A stretch of 64,000 bases of DNA from Bacilli bacterium (GCA_022653695.1 JALCSW010000004.1:15578-79577), one strand, 5' to 3'. Counted from the stretch's first letter, positions 48,459-57,901 are shown. Notes: generated by a model not told the origin, from the letters alone. Translations and numbers: made by a program.

Positions 48459-49172
48459 ATGGAACCTCTCGCCGGGCTTGCAAAACATCTCGTTTCCTCG
48501 CTCCAAGGCGCCGCGTTTTTCCCTTTTAACAAATGGAGGGCGGTTCGCCTAGCGGACAACTCTCCTCTCCTTATGCCCGAGGACACGGCTTTCGTCCTGG
48601 GCCAAGAGCCCTCTTTCGGGGTCTCCGCCTTCTACGCCTGCCGGGAGACGATTCTGCCGGAAGGGGTGTATCTGCTCGGGGACGACTTGACTTCTCTTGG
48701 GCCGCAGACTTCCTTCGCCCGCATCGTTTTCGTGAAACTCAGGAATTTTTTCTCTTACGCCAAACCGGCGGCCTTCGAAAGGATAAAAGCCATAAAAAAC
48801 ATGGAAAGCGGCCTCATGATGGAGGGGATCATGGTGAATGAGTCGAAATCCGAGAAACAGGAAACCATCGCGTTTAGGCGCGGCCCCGCCTTCGCCCGTC
48901 TCAGTTTTGAGGCCATCGGCGACGATTACATAAATCTCTTCAAGACCAATTCCGACGTCGATAAGGCGACGGTGGTTTTCGTGACGTCGCCGGCTTTCGA
49001 CTACGCCGAAGCCAAGCGGCAGGCCATCTTGGCGGACAAAACGCTGGACGCCATGGCCTTCCTTGGCGGGAAAAAGGATGCCGATTGCGGGTCTTGCCCC
49101 CAAAAGGCCCTTTGCGAGGCCGTTCCCGGTTTGCGGGAAACCCATTTGTCGCGCCTCAAGAAAGGCATCTGA
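48459..49172 (+). CDS. Small protein resembling CO dehydrogenase/acetyl-CoA synthase beta-like (CdhC-fragment) family
   Basis: DTAFVLG, VYLLGDDL, FARIVFV, VVFVT and terminal DCGSC-x4-C...GLRETH, as recalled from short CODH-annotated proteins of gut Firmicutes. Confidence 0.55.
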   Translation: MEPLAGLAKHLVSSLQGAAFFPFNKWRAVRLADNSPLLMPEDTAFVLGQEPSFGVSAFYACRETILPEGVYLLGDDLTSLGPQTSFARIVFVKLRNFFSYAKPAAFERIKAIKNMESGLMMEGIMVNESKSEKQETIAFRRGPAFARLSFEAIGDDYINLFKTNSDVDKATVVFVTSPAFDYAEAKRQAILADKTLDAMAFLGGKKDADCGSCPQKALCEAVPGLRETHLSRLKKGI

Positions 49173-49261
49173 CCCCGAAGTTGTTTTTGGCGGCGTTTTT
49201 TTCGTTGAAGATAAGACTGCGCCGAACCTATACTTTCTCATCGGATAGCGGGAGGTTGCCT

Positions 49262-50371
49262 ATGGGAAAAAAGGAAAACCGGAAATCCGCCGGAAACGAA
49301 CCGGTCGCGACGAAAACGAAAGAGGGGGGATCCCTTAAAGATAAGCTCATCGCGGCCCGCGGTTTCCTCGCCACGACGACAAACGGCATGGCGATCGGCT
49401 TGTTCGGCACCCTCATCATCGGCACCATCATCGCCCTTTTCGCCAAAATCCCGGGATGCGAATCGATCGACGAGGTCGCGAAGCTCATCAAAGGCCTGAT
49501 GGGCGCCGGAATCGGCTTGGGCGTCGCTTTGTCCCTCAAGCTTTCCGGCGTCGAAATGGTTTCCGTCATGGCCGCGGGGGCCTTGGGCAACCTCGCTTTC
49601 GATTGGTTCGATCACGGCATCGTCGTGGTCACGGACCCCCTTTGCTGCTACGTTTCCTCGCTTATCGCCTACGCGGCCCTTAAGGGGTTTCATCGCCGTC
49701 GGACCCCGGTCGATTTGATTCTGATCCCTCTTTTGGCCCTCCTCTTCTCCGTGGCCTTCACCTATTTGCTCTCCTTTTGGGTCCATTACCTCACCGTGGG
49801 CATCGGTTTGCTCATCGAACTCAGTTTCGAGGTCATCCCGTTTATTATGTGCGTTATCGTGTCGGCTTTGGTCGGCATGGCCCTTACCGCCCCGATCAGT
49901 TCGGTCGCCATTTGCGTCGCGATCAACATCGGCTCGGTTCCTTTGGCCGCGGGGGCGGCCCTCATCGGTTGCTGCACCCAAATGGTCGGTTTCGCGGTTC
50001 ATACGGCTCATGACAACAAGTGGGGCAGCGTCCTCGCCGTCGGGATCGGGACCTCGATGCTGCAATTCAAGAACATCGTCAGGAAACCGATCATATGGCT
50101 TCCCACCATCATCGCCTCCGCCGTTTTGGGGCCGTTCGCCCTCCTCTTCGGGTTCGCGAGCGATTCCGTGGGGGCGGGCATGGGGACTTCGGGCCTCGTC
50201 GGCCTCATCAACACTTTCGACGTCATGGGCTACGACCCGGCCGCGATCGGCGAGATCCTCGCCGTCTGCGTGGCCGCTCCGATTCTCCTGACGTGGCTCC
50301 TCGATCTCCTGTTCCGGAAAATCGGATGGATAAAGAAAGGCGACTTCGCCTTGAGTTCCGAGCTGAAATGA
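49262..50371 (+). CDS. PTS_EIIC_2-family membrane protein
   Basis: NGMAIGLFGTLIIG, PISSVAI, GIGTSMLQFKNI, AGMGTSGLVG; GGAGG RBS. Confidence 0.88.
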   Translation: MGKKENRKSAGNEPVATKTKEGGSLKDKLIAARGFLATTTNGMAIGLFGTLIIGTIIALFAKIPGCESIDEVAKLIKGLMGAGIGLGVALSLKLSGVEMVSVMAAGALGNLAFDWFDHGIVVVTDPLCCYVSSLIAYAALKGFHRRRTPVDLILIPLLALLFSVAFTYLLSFWVHYLTVGIGLLIELSFEVIPFIMCVIVSALVGMALTAPISSVAICVAINIGSVPLAAGAALIGCCTQMVGFAVHTAHDNKWGSVLAVGIGTSMLQFKNIVRKPIIWLPTIIASAVLGPFALLFGFASDSVGAGMGTSGLVGLINTFDVMGYDPAAIGEILAVCVAAPILLTWLLDLLFRKIGWIKKGDFALSSELK

Positions 50372-50408
50372 AAAAGAAAACGCAAGGCGGCGAACCTTGC
50401 GTTTTCTT
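50371..50408. terminator. Bidirectional terminator
   Basis: AAGAAAACGCAAGG...CCTTGCGTTTTCTT. Confidence 0.8.
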
Positions 50409-50413
50409 ATCCT

Positions 50414-50974
50414 TTATGCCGTGATGCCCAAGGCCGGGAGGACTTTCTCGTAAAGTTCGACCAGTTTGCCGGCTATGGTCGAAGAGGCCACGTAATCGTT
50501 GGCGGTCGTGAGCCAATTGGGGGAGTTGGTCCCAAGCCAACCCGTGAGGGCCACCAGAAGGAACGAAACGGCGATGACGAGGATCGCCCAATCGGCCGCG
50601 CCGAGGAAAAGCCCCAGGACGCGGGTGAGAACCTTGGCTTTTTCGAGCGCTTTGATAAGCGGGTTGACGATAAGGGAAAGAAGACCGAAGATGAGGCCGA
50701 AAGCGACGATGCCGACGATGATCGTGGCGATCCAGTTCACCAGCGTGGGGTTGCCCAGCACCGATATGACGTTTTGGTACCAGTCCAAGGGGGTCAAATA
50801 GGGAAGGACGATGTTGGCGACGAATATCGACAAGAAAGCGCTGACGACGTAAAGGACGATTTTGGCGCCGATTTTGGTCGCGCCGAAAATCAGGCCGAAA
50901 AGAAGGAAGAGGACGAGGACGCCCAGGACGCCCCAGTCGCTGCCGTTGAAAGATGTGCTTGCCAGTTGAATCAT
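50414..50974 (-). CDS. CvpA-family membrane protein
   Basis: Four TM segments, TRVLGLFLGAA, C-terminal SSTIA. Confidence 0.65.
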   Translation of the reverse strand: MIQLASTSFNGSDWGVLGVLVLFLLFGLIFGATKIGAKIVLYVVSAFLSIFVANIVLPYLTPLDWYQNVISVLGNPTLVNWIATIIVGIVAFGLIFGLLSLIVNPLIKALEKAKVLTRVLGLFLGAADWAILVIAVSFLLVALTGWLGTNSPNWLTTANDYVASSTIAGKLVELYEKVLPALGITA

Positions 50975-51128
50975 ATGATGACCTCGAGTTTATTATGCCA
51001 AAATCGCTCCGATTTGAAATAAAAAAGTCTCATTTGTGACATTTTGCGGCAAGAAACGCCGCTTTCGGGGTCATAACGCCGGCTTCGCGGAATCCGCGGG
51101 CGCCTTTTGGCTCTCCGTCAGGGAGAGC

Positions 51129-52877
51129 TCAGTAGCGTCTTTTGCCGCCTTTATGAAAACCGCCGAAACCCCCGTCGGATTTGTGCCGTCGGGCGTCTGA
51201 ATGGCCCGTTTTCGGCTTGTTTGGCTTTGGTTTTTTCGGATTTTGCTGATCCCTGTCCGTTTTCTCGACGTGCATCAGCTTCGCCCCGTAATGGGTTCCC
51301 TCGATTTTGTCGATGACGGATCTAGAAAGGTCCTTTGGAAGTTCGAAAAAGGAGAACGTGCCCCGGACGTAGACGTCGGCGAAATCGTCTTCCTCCACGT
51401 CTTTGGCGTATTTCATGACGAAGCGTTTGATGCTCTCGTCGTTAGCCCCGTCCTCATAGCCGACGTTGATGAAGAAGCGTTGGTTGTCGGGATCGGTCAC
51501 GAACCTTTTCCTCTCCTTGTTGCGCTCGATCGCCGACGCATGCTTTTCTGAGCGTCGGTAGGGGGGTGGGCATCGGTCTTCGGAAGGCTTTTGGCCGACA
51601 TTCATTTTGTCTTGCAAAAGGATGGCCGCCAAATCGAGCGGGAGAACGGTCTTGCCCTCCTTTTTCGAAAGGGTCTCGCAAGCTTCCTCGATCGCCTTTT
51701 TCTCTTCGGCCAAATCGTCCTTAAGCCGTTCGTCCAAGGATTCCAGATAGTTCTTCATGGCGGTTCCTCCGTTGAGTTTGTATTCGTTCATGGCGCAGTG
51801 GGTCATCGCCTCGTATTCCCTTATCATCTTCCTTTGGCTTTGGTTGATGAAGGTGTAGGAGGCCCCGGACTTGTCCACGCGCCCCGTCCTTCCGATGCGG
51901 TGGAGATAGAATTCGTCCTCCTCGGGGATATCGTAATTGACCACGAGGTCCACGTCGCTGACGTCGATCCCCCGCGCGGCGATGTCGGTCGCCACCATGA
52001 CGTCGCTTTCGTAATTCCGGAAGCTTCTCATGGCGCGGTCGCGTTTGTTTTGGCTCATGTTGCCTTGAAGCGAGGTGATCGCATGCGAAGTCCTCTTAGC
52101 GAGAATTTTCTCGATTTGCATGACTTTGTGTTTCGTTCGGCAGAACACGAAGGCCCTCGAGAACGACAGCGAGTTGATAAGCGTGACGATGGCTTCCTTT
52201 TTTCCCTCTTCCTGGACAAGGACGTATTTTTGGGCGATTTGGTTGTCTTGGGTCGGGGTCCGCTTGATCGACACTTCCTTGACCCCGTTTCTGAGGTAAC
52301 GTCCGGCGATCTTGCGTATTTCCGGGGAAACGGTCGCGGAAAAGAGGGCGGTTTGGTGAGGTGAAGTCACTTTCTCGATGATGCGGTTCACATCCTTGAT
52401 AAAGCCCATCTCCAGCATTTCGTCGCACTCGTCGAGGACGAGGTAATGGACGTTCGAGAAATTGAGCGCTCCGCGCTCGATGAGGTCGTTGAGGCGCCCG
52501 GGGGTGCCGACGACGATCTGGGGCTTCGCGCGCAGGCGAGACAACTGGGTGGCGACGCTTTGGCCTCCGTAGATGGCGACGCATTTCGCCGTCGTGTATT
52601 TGGCGTATTTGGCGATTTCCGAGATGACTTGGATCGCGAGTTCGCGGGTGGGGCAGACGACGAGGCCTTCGACGAGGTCCTTTGAGCGGAGGGAAGCGAG
52701 CATCGGAAGGGAGTAGGCCGCGGTCTTGCCGGTTCCGGTCGGGGCTTCGGCAAGGACGTCTTGGCCCGACAAAAGCGCGGGAAGGGCCTCTTCCTGGACG
52801 GCGGTGAATTCGTCATAGCCCATTTTCAGGAGGGCTTTCGTCAGTTGTTCGGGAAGGGGCAGGTCTGTTATTTTCAT
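51129..52877 (-). CDS. DEAD-box RNA helicase with C-terminal DbpA-type RNA-binding domain
   Basis: APTGTGKT, PTRELA, TPGR, DECD, SAT, ARGID, HRIGRTGR; C-terminal RFFINVG...FSFFE. Confidence 0.93.
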   Translation of the reverse strand: MKITDLPLPEQLTKALLKMGYDEFTAVQEEALPALLSGQDVLAEAPTGTGKTAAYSLPMLASLRSKDLVEGLVVCPTRELAIQVISEIAKYAKYTTAKCVAIYGGQSVATQLSRLRAKPQIVVGTPGRLNDLIERGALNFSNVHYLVLDECDEMLEMGFIKDVNRIIEKVTSPHQTALFSATVSPEIRKIAGRYLRNGVKEVSIKRTPTQDNQIAQKYVLVQEEGKKEAIVTLINSLSFSRAFVFCRTKHKVMQIEKILAKRTSHAITSLQGNMSQNKRDRAMRSFRNYESDVMVATDIAARGIDVSDVDLVVNYDIPEEDEFYLHRIGRTGRVDKSGASYTFINQSQRKMIREYEAMTHCAMNEYKLNGGTAMKNYLESLDERLKDDLAEEKKAIEEACETLSKKEGKTVLPLDLAAILLQDKMNVGQKPSEDRCPPPYRRSEKHASAIERNKERKRFVTDPDNQRFFINVGYEDGANDESIKRFVMKYAKDVEEDDFADVYVRGTFSFFELPKDLSRSVIDKIEGTHYGAKLMHVEKTDRDQQNPKKPKPNKPKTGHSDARRHKSDGGFGGFHKGGKRRY

Positions 52878-52966
52878 TTTCGGGGCAACGAAGCATAGCA
52901 CGAATGCCGTCGAGAAGCGAAGCAAATCGCGCCCGTTAGACGATTTCGGGTTCGCTCCATGGCAAT

Positions 52967-52999
52967 TAAAAGGCCCTCGCCGTTGAGACGAGGGCCCTT
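52967..52999 (-). terminator. Intrinsic terminator after the micro-ORF
   Basis: GGCCCTCG...CGAGGGCC-TTTTAA on the minus strand. Confidence 0.75.
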
Positions 53000-53051
53000 C
53001 TTTCCTTCGTAGGCGCTGAATCCCTGTTGCGGGACCGGAAAGCGGGCTTTG

Positions 53052-53129
53052 TTACTTGCCTTGCGTGTTTCCGTTGGCCGGGGCGGTCGGCTTTTGAGCC
53101 GGGGCTTGGGTCTTTTTGTTTTTGTGCAT
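53052..53129 (-). CDS. Putative 25-aa small protein MHKNKKTQAPAQKPTAPANGNTQGK
   Basis: GGAGG RBS 6 nt before ATG; TTGCGG-16-TATATT promoter upstream; terminator downstream. Confidence 0.6.
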   Translation of the reverse strand: MHKNKKTQAPAQKPTAPANGNTQGK

Positions 53130-53310
53130 CGGATGCCTCCGCGTCTTTTTTGGACGCACGGACAATATAGTTCCTTTTTGGCTTTCCGCAATAGCGGAAA
53201 AGAGGGATGTCTCTCTTTTCTAAGAGAATAAAGAGAAACCCCTCGCGCGGATGCTTTATAATGGACGGGTCCCTAGGGAAGGGGCTGCGCCATAAGATCG
53301 GGGAACGGGC

Positions 53311-54102
53311 ATGGAAAAGGTCATCGTCATCAATCGGAAAAGGAACATTCGCGACATCGGCTACCTCGTGGGCGCGGATGGCCGCCACATCAAGAAAGGC
53401 TGCCTCGTGAGAGGCGGGCAACTCAACGACATCGCGCCTCGGGACAAGCGGGTTCTGGAGTCGTTCAGTTTCGACGACGTTTTCGATTTCCGCGACCCGC
53501 AGGAAATGAAAAGCCACCCCGACCAGACGCTCGCATCCGCGACCTACCACAAAATGAGCCCCCTTTCCCTCGAAAGGCCCGCCTCGACTTCATCGAAGCA
53601 GGCTTCCAACGAGGACAATCTCCTTTGCATGCTCACGGGCAACGTCGACGGGTCAAAGTACATGAAACGTTTCTATCGGGCCTTGATCGAGAAAGAATCC
53701 GCCCGCCTCGCCTACCGGGGCTTTTTCCGCATCATCATGGAGAAGCCCGCCTCAAAAGCCTATTGGCATTGCTCGCAGGGCAAAGACCGCGCCGGACTCG
53801 CCGCCTTCTTCCTCGAATACGCCCTCGGGGTGCCTATGAAGGACTGCCTCTTCGACTACCTTTATTCTTCCGTCGCGATGAATATCCGGAAGAGAGAGCT
53901 GGAGCCATACGCTTTTCTGAAGGCCCCTTTCGGCAAAAAGAAGGAGGCCGTCGGCATCGTTGAGGACCTTTTCTCGGTCCGGGAAGACTACATCGGCGAA
54001 GCCCTGAAGGCAATCGACGAATCCTTCGGCGGCCTTGACGCCTATTTGGAAAACGAGCTCAAGGTCGACGTCGGGAAGCTAAGAAAAAGCTACTTGGTGT
54101 GA
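53311..54102 (+). CDS. Tyrosine/lipid phosphatase (Y_phosphatase3 family)
   Basis: NIRDIG, DFR, HCSQGKDRAG (CX5R), DYLYS. Confidence 0.9.
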   Translation: MEKVIVINRKRNIRDIGYLVGADGRHIKKGCLVRGGQLNDIAPRDKRVLESFSFDDVFDFRDPQEMKSHPDQTLASATYHKMSPLSLERPASTSSKQASNEDNLLCMLTGNVDGSKYMKRFYRALIEKESARLAYRGFFRIIMEKPASKAYWHCSQGKDRAGLAAFFLEYALGVPMKDCLFDYLYSSVAMNIRKRELEPYAFLKAPFGKKKEAVGIVEDLFSVREDYIGEALKAIDESFGGLDAYLENELKVDVGKLRKSYLV

Positions 54103-54125
54103 CCAAATAGCTTTGTCGCCCCCGC

Positions 54126-54812
54126 TCAGCGTTTTTCGTCGTGGCAATGGCACGTCGGCTCGCACACGCACTCCAACTCGTTTTTCAGGAGCTTGGCGAC
54201 GGCTTCCTCGGCCGACCCCTCGACTCCGGCCATGCAGGTTATCCCGCTTTTTTTTAAGAGCCGGATGGCCCCGCCGCCGATCCCTCCGCAGATGAGGGTG
54301 TCAACGCCCTTATCGCGCAGCCATTGGATCAGCTCGTGGTGGCTGACGCCGTTCGTCGGCTCGACGCTTGAGGAGACGACCGCGCCTTCCTTGACTTCGT
54401 AGAGTTTGAAGGAGGAGGTCTGCCCGAAATGCTGGAAGACCTTCCCGTCGTCGAAACTGACTGCTACTTTCATATTGTTTGACTTTCCTTTCCTGAGGTC
54501 GCGGATTCCGGCTTTCGCGATTCCGTCCCCGACGGAGTAGCACCCTCCCGCGATGGAAAGCCTTTTGCCATGGACGAGAAAGTCGGCGATTTTCCTTCGG
54601 GCTGAGTGGTAAATGGCGGTGACGGTGGTTCGGGAGACCCCCATCCGGAAGGCGGTTTCCTCTTGCGAGAAGCCCTTTCCGTCCAAAAGGAGGATCGTCT
54701 CGTACTCGTCGACGCTCATCTCGACGCAAGAGGCGCCGCAGCGCCCTTTTGAGCCAAAACAGCGGAAGCGGGGCTCCTCGATCACGAATCGGTTTTTCTT
54801 TGGCCTCGACAT
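54126..54812 (-). CDS. DUF134 DNA-binding domain fused to NifB/NifX-family domain
   Basis: MSRP, DEYE...SQEETAFRMGVSRTTV...ARRKIA; VFQHFGQ, LICGGIGGGA, C-terminal CHCH. Confidence 0.88.
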   Translation of the reverse strand: MSRPKKNRFVIEEPRFRCFGSKGRCGASCVEMSVDEYETILLLDGKGFSQEETAFRMGVSRTTVTAIYHSARRKIADFLVHGKRLSIAGGCYSVGDGIAKAGIRDLRKGKSNNMKVAVSFDDGKVFQHFGQTSSFKLYEVKEGAVVSSSVEPTNGVSHHELIQWLRDKGVDTLICGGIGGGAIRLLKKSGITCMAGVEGSAEEAVAKLLKNELECVCEPTCHCHDEKR

Positions 54813-54832
54813 GGAATTATCTTAGTATATTT

Positions 54833-54846
54833 TTGACATATGTCAA
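54833..54846. promoter_or_regulatory. Perfect palindrome TTGACATATGTCAA (candidate operator / back-to-back -35 boxes)
   Basis: 14-bp perfect inverted repeat in the 77-bp divergent intergenic region. Confidence 0.7.
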
Positions 54847-54889
54847 TAAATGATTTAATCTATCGGTGAAAGCGACGGAGGTCATTTTC

Positions 54890-57340
54890 ATGAGGAAAAT
54901 CATTATCATCGGCGGGGTCGCCGGCGGGGCGACGGCGGCGACCAGGTTGCGGCGGCTCTCCGAAAGGGACCGCATCATCGTCTTGGAGCGGAGCGGCTAC
55001 GTGTCCTTCGCCAACTGCGGGCTTCCCTATTATTTAGGCGGGGTTATAAAGGATCGGGCGCGCCTTCTTCAGGAGACGCCCGAATCGCTTCGCGCCAAAT
55101 TCAATCTTGACGTCAGGATCCATTCGGAGGCGACTTCTATCGATCCACTTGGAAAATCGGTGCGCGTGAAGAACCTTTCGACCGGGGAAGAATACGACGA
55201 AAGCTATGACAAACTGATCGTCTCGACCGGGGCCTCGCCCCGCAAAATCCCTTTCGAGGGCCTGAAGGAAGCCGATAACGTTTTCTATTTGCGGAACATG
55301 GAGGACGTCGACGCCATAGGCTCCGCCCTCGAAAAAGGGGCGAAGACGGCCTTGGTCGTCGGGGGCGGCTTCATCGGCGTGGAGATCGCCGAGAACTTCA
55401 TCGAAAAAGGCCTTTCCGTCACCCTCGTCGAAGGCAAAAGCCAGATCCTTCCGCCCTTCGATCCGGAGATGGCCCGCTTCTTGGAGAACGAGCTCGTCTC
55501 CCATGGGGTGAAGCTAAAGACGGGCGTCTCCCTTTCGAAATTCGAGGACAAGGGGCACACCGCCGTTTTGGGCGACGGCGAGAGGATAGGGGCCGACATC
55601 GTCGTTCTTTCCATCGGCGTCGCCCCGGAGAGCCGTTTGGGCAAAGAGGCGGGGATGAAACTCACGCCCGATGGGTACATCGTCACGAACGAAAGGATGG
55701 AGACGTTCGATTCGAAGAGCGGGAAGCCCAACCCCGACGTCTATGCCATCGGCGACGTGGCCGCGGTGAGGGACCCCATCGACGGGAGCCTCACGCACAT
55801 CGCTTTGGCCGGCCCGGCTAACAGACAGGCGCGACTGGTGGCCGACGTCATCAACGGCCTTCCTTATACCTATAAGGGGGCCATCGGGACCTCCGTCCTC
55901 AAGGTTTTCGACCAGACCGGGGCCTCCACGGGCTACAGCGAAGCCCTGTGCGAAAAGAAAGGCCTGCCCCATCAGTCCGTCATGATCGAGCGGAACCAGC
56001 ACGCCGGGTATTACCCCGGGGCCTCCCTGCTCACCCTCAAAGTCGTCTTCAACCCTGACGACGGGCTCATCTTGGGCGCCCAGGCGGTCGGCCACGACGG
56101 CGTCGACAAACGGATCGACGTCATCGCCACCTCCATCCACGCCGGGCTCAAAGTCCGGGATCTGGCCGATTTGGAGCTATCCTACGCCCCGCCTTACGGG
56201 ATGGCCAAGGATATCGTGAACATCGCCGGTTACGTGGCCTCCAACCTCATGGAGAAGAAGTTCGGCCAAATCCCCCTCTCGGCGGTGGACGAAGAAAAAG
56301 AAGGGGCGCTCCTCGTCGACGCCAGGACCCCGATGGAGTATTCCCTCGAGCATCTTGACGGGGCGGTGAGCCTCCCCTTCGCCTCTTTGCGGGGCAACCT
56401 CGCCAAACTGCCAAAGGACAAGAAGGCGAAAATCGTCGTTTACTGCAACGTCGGGCTGACCGCTTACCAATGGATCAGGATCGCCCTCAACCATGGCTAC
56501 ACGAACGTCTATAACGTCGAAGGCGGGATGCGGCTTTACAAAGCGCTTCATTTCGCCAAGCCGGAAGAAACCGGCGAAAAGGGGGAAAAACCCATGGCGG
56601 AACGAAAAAGCGACAACCTCATCGAAATCGACGCGACGGGGCTGCAATGCCCCGGCCCCATCGTGGAGGCTTCGAAAGCTTCCGAGAAACTCTCACCCGG
56701 GCAAAGGATGAGGATCGTCGCCTCCGACTGCGGGTTCTCCTCCGACATCGGCCTTTGGGCCCAAACCACCGGGAACAAGGTCCTTTCCAACGAAAACAAA
56801 GACGGGAAGGTCGTGGCGGTGGTGGAAAAGGGTCCGGGCCTCGTCGCGGCCGCTCCGGGCGTTCCCAACAACGGGGGAACCACCATCGTCCTCTTCAGCG
56901 GGGACATGGACAAGGCTTTGGCCGCCATGATCATCGCCCAAGGGACGCGGGCCCTCGGCAAGCCGGCCACGGTGTTCTGCACTTTCTGGGGCCTGAACCT
57001 CCTGCGCAAACCCAAAGCCCCTCGCGTAAAGAAACCGTTCATTGAGCGGATGTTCGGGCGGATGATGCCCAAAGGCGCCCGGAAATTCAAGCTTTCGAAG
57101 ATGAACATGGGCGGAATGGGCTCGAAGATGATGCGCGGGGTCATGAAGGACAAAAACGTCCCGGCCCTTGAGGAACAACTCGTCAGCGCCCAGAAGGCCG
57201 GGGTCCGCTTCCTCGCCTGCACGATGTCGATGGATATAATGGGAATCAAGAAAGAGGAGCTGATCGAGGGCGTCGATTACGTTGGGGTGGCCACTTATCT
57301 GGCAGAGTGTCAAAACGCCGCCACGACGCTCTTCATCTGA
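54890..57340 (+). CDS. CoA-disulfide/persulfide reductase fused to rhodanese, TusA and DsrE/DrsE domains
   Basis: GGVAGG, SFANCGLPY, GGGFIG, YAPPY; rhodanese YCNVG; TusA CPGP; DsrE FCTFWGL and ACTMSMD. Confidence 0.92.
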   Translation: MRKIIIIGGVAGGATAATRLRRLSERDRIIVLERSGYVSFANCGLPYYLGGVIKDRARLLQETPESLRAKFNLDVRIHSEATSIDPLGKSVRVKNLSTGEEYDESYDKLIVSTGASPRKIPFEGLKEADNVFYLRNMEDVDAIGSALEKGAKTALVVGGGFIGVEIAENFIEKGLSVTLVEGKSQILPPFDPEMARFLENELVSHGVKLKTGVSLSKFEDKGHTAVLGDGERIGADIVVLSIGVAPESRLGKEAGMKLTPDGYIVTNERMETFDSKSGKPNPDVYAIGDVAAVRDPIDGSLTHIALAGPANRQARLVADVINGLPYTYKGAIGTSVLKVFDQTGASTGYSEALCEKKGLPHQSVMIERNQHAGYYPGASLLTLKVVFNPDDGLILGAQAVGHDGVDKRIDVIATSIHAGLKVRDLADLELSYAPPYGMAKDIVNIAGYVASNLMEKKFGQIPLSAVDEEKEGALLVDARTPMEYSLEHLDGAVSLPFASLRGNLAKLPKDKKAKIVVYCNVGLTAYQWIRIALNHGYTNVYNVEGGMRLYKALHFAKPEETGEKGEKPMAERKSDNLIEIDATGLQCPGPIVEASKASEKLSPGQRMRIVASDCGFSSDIGLWAQTTGNKVLSNENKDGKVVAVVEKGPGLVAAAPGVPNNGGTTIVLFSGDMDKALAAMIIAQGTRALGKPATVFCTFWGLNLLRKPKAPRVKKPFIERMFGRMMPKGARKFKLSKMNMGGMGSKMMRGVMKDKNVPALEEQLVSAQKAGVRFLACTMSMDIMGIKKEELIEGVDYVGVATYLAECQNAATTLFI

Positions 57341-57415
57341 GCCTTTTCGCGACGTCAAACTGGCTTCCTTTTCCGATTTTGGTATAATGGGGGCAAATAA
57401 AAGGATAGGCCGCAA

Positions 57416-57901
57416 ATGGGCATCTATGGCATTTCAGTCGAGACCGACCACGACGAAAAGATTTCGCTGTCCCTTTATTCCGGCAAGGTCCTTTTGATCG
57501 TCAATTCGGCGACCAAGTGCGTTTTCACCCCGCAGTACAAAGGCCTGCAGGCGCTCTATGAGCGTTTCCGCGGCTCGGGTTTCGAGATTCTGGATTTCCC
57601 CTGCTCCCAGTTCCTCAATCAGGCCCCCGGGACCGTTCAGGAAATCAACGAATTCTGCGACGAGCATTACAAAACGAGTTTCCCGCGCTTTGAGAAAATC
57701 GACGTCAACGGGCCCGACGAGTCGCTTCTTTTCACGTATCTCAAGAAGGCAAGGCATGGCTTTTTCGGCTCGCGGATAAAATGGAACTTCACGAAATTCC
57801 TGATCGACCGCAAAGGGAAAGTCCGCAAACGCTATTCCCCGTCCGTCAAGCCGGAGCGGATCGCCAAAGACATCGAGAAGCTCCTCAAGGAGGCCCGTTA
57901 G
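57416..57901 (+). CDS. Glutathione peroxidase family protein (Cys type)
   Basis: NSATKCVFTPQY, FPCSQF, KWNFTKFL. Confidence 0.93.
   Translation: MGIYGISVETDHDEKISLSLYSGKVLLIVNSATKCVFTPQYKGLQALYERFRGSGFEILDFPCSQFLNQAPGTVQEINEFCDEHYKTSFPRFEKIDVNGPDESLLFTYLKKARHGFFGSRIKWNFTKFLIDRKGKVRKRYSPSVKPERIAKDIEKLLKEAR

Noticed and set aside
28505-49172. Wood-Ljungdahl pathway inferred from fhs plus the CdhC-like gene
   Set aside because: fhs alone is widespread, the CdhC-like protein is too short, and no acs/coo genes are present.
57416-57901. Selenocysteine in glutathione peroxidase
   Set aside because: The active-site codon is TGC (Cys); no in-frame TGA.
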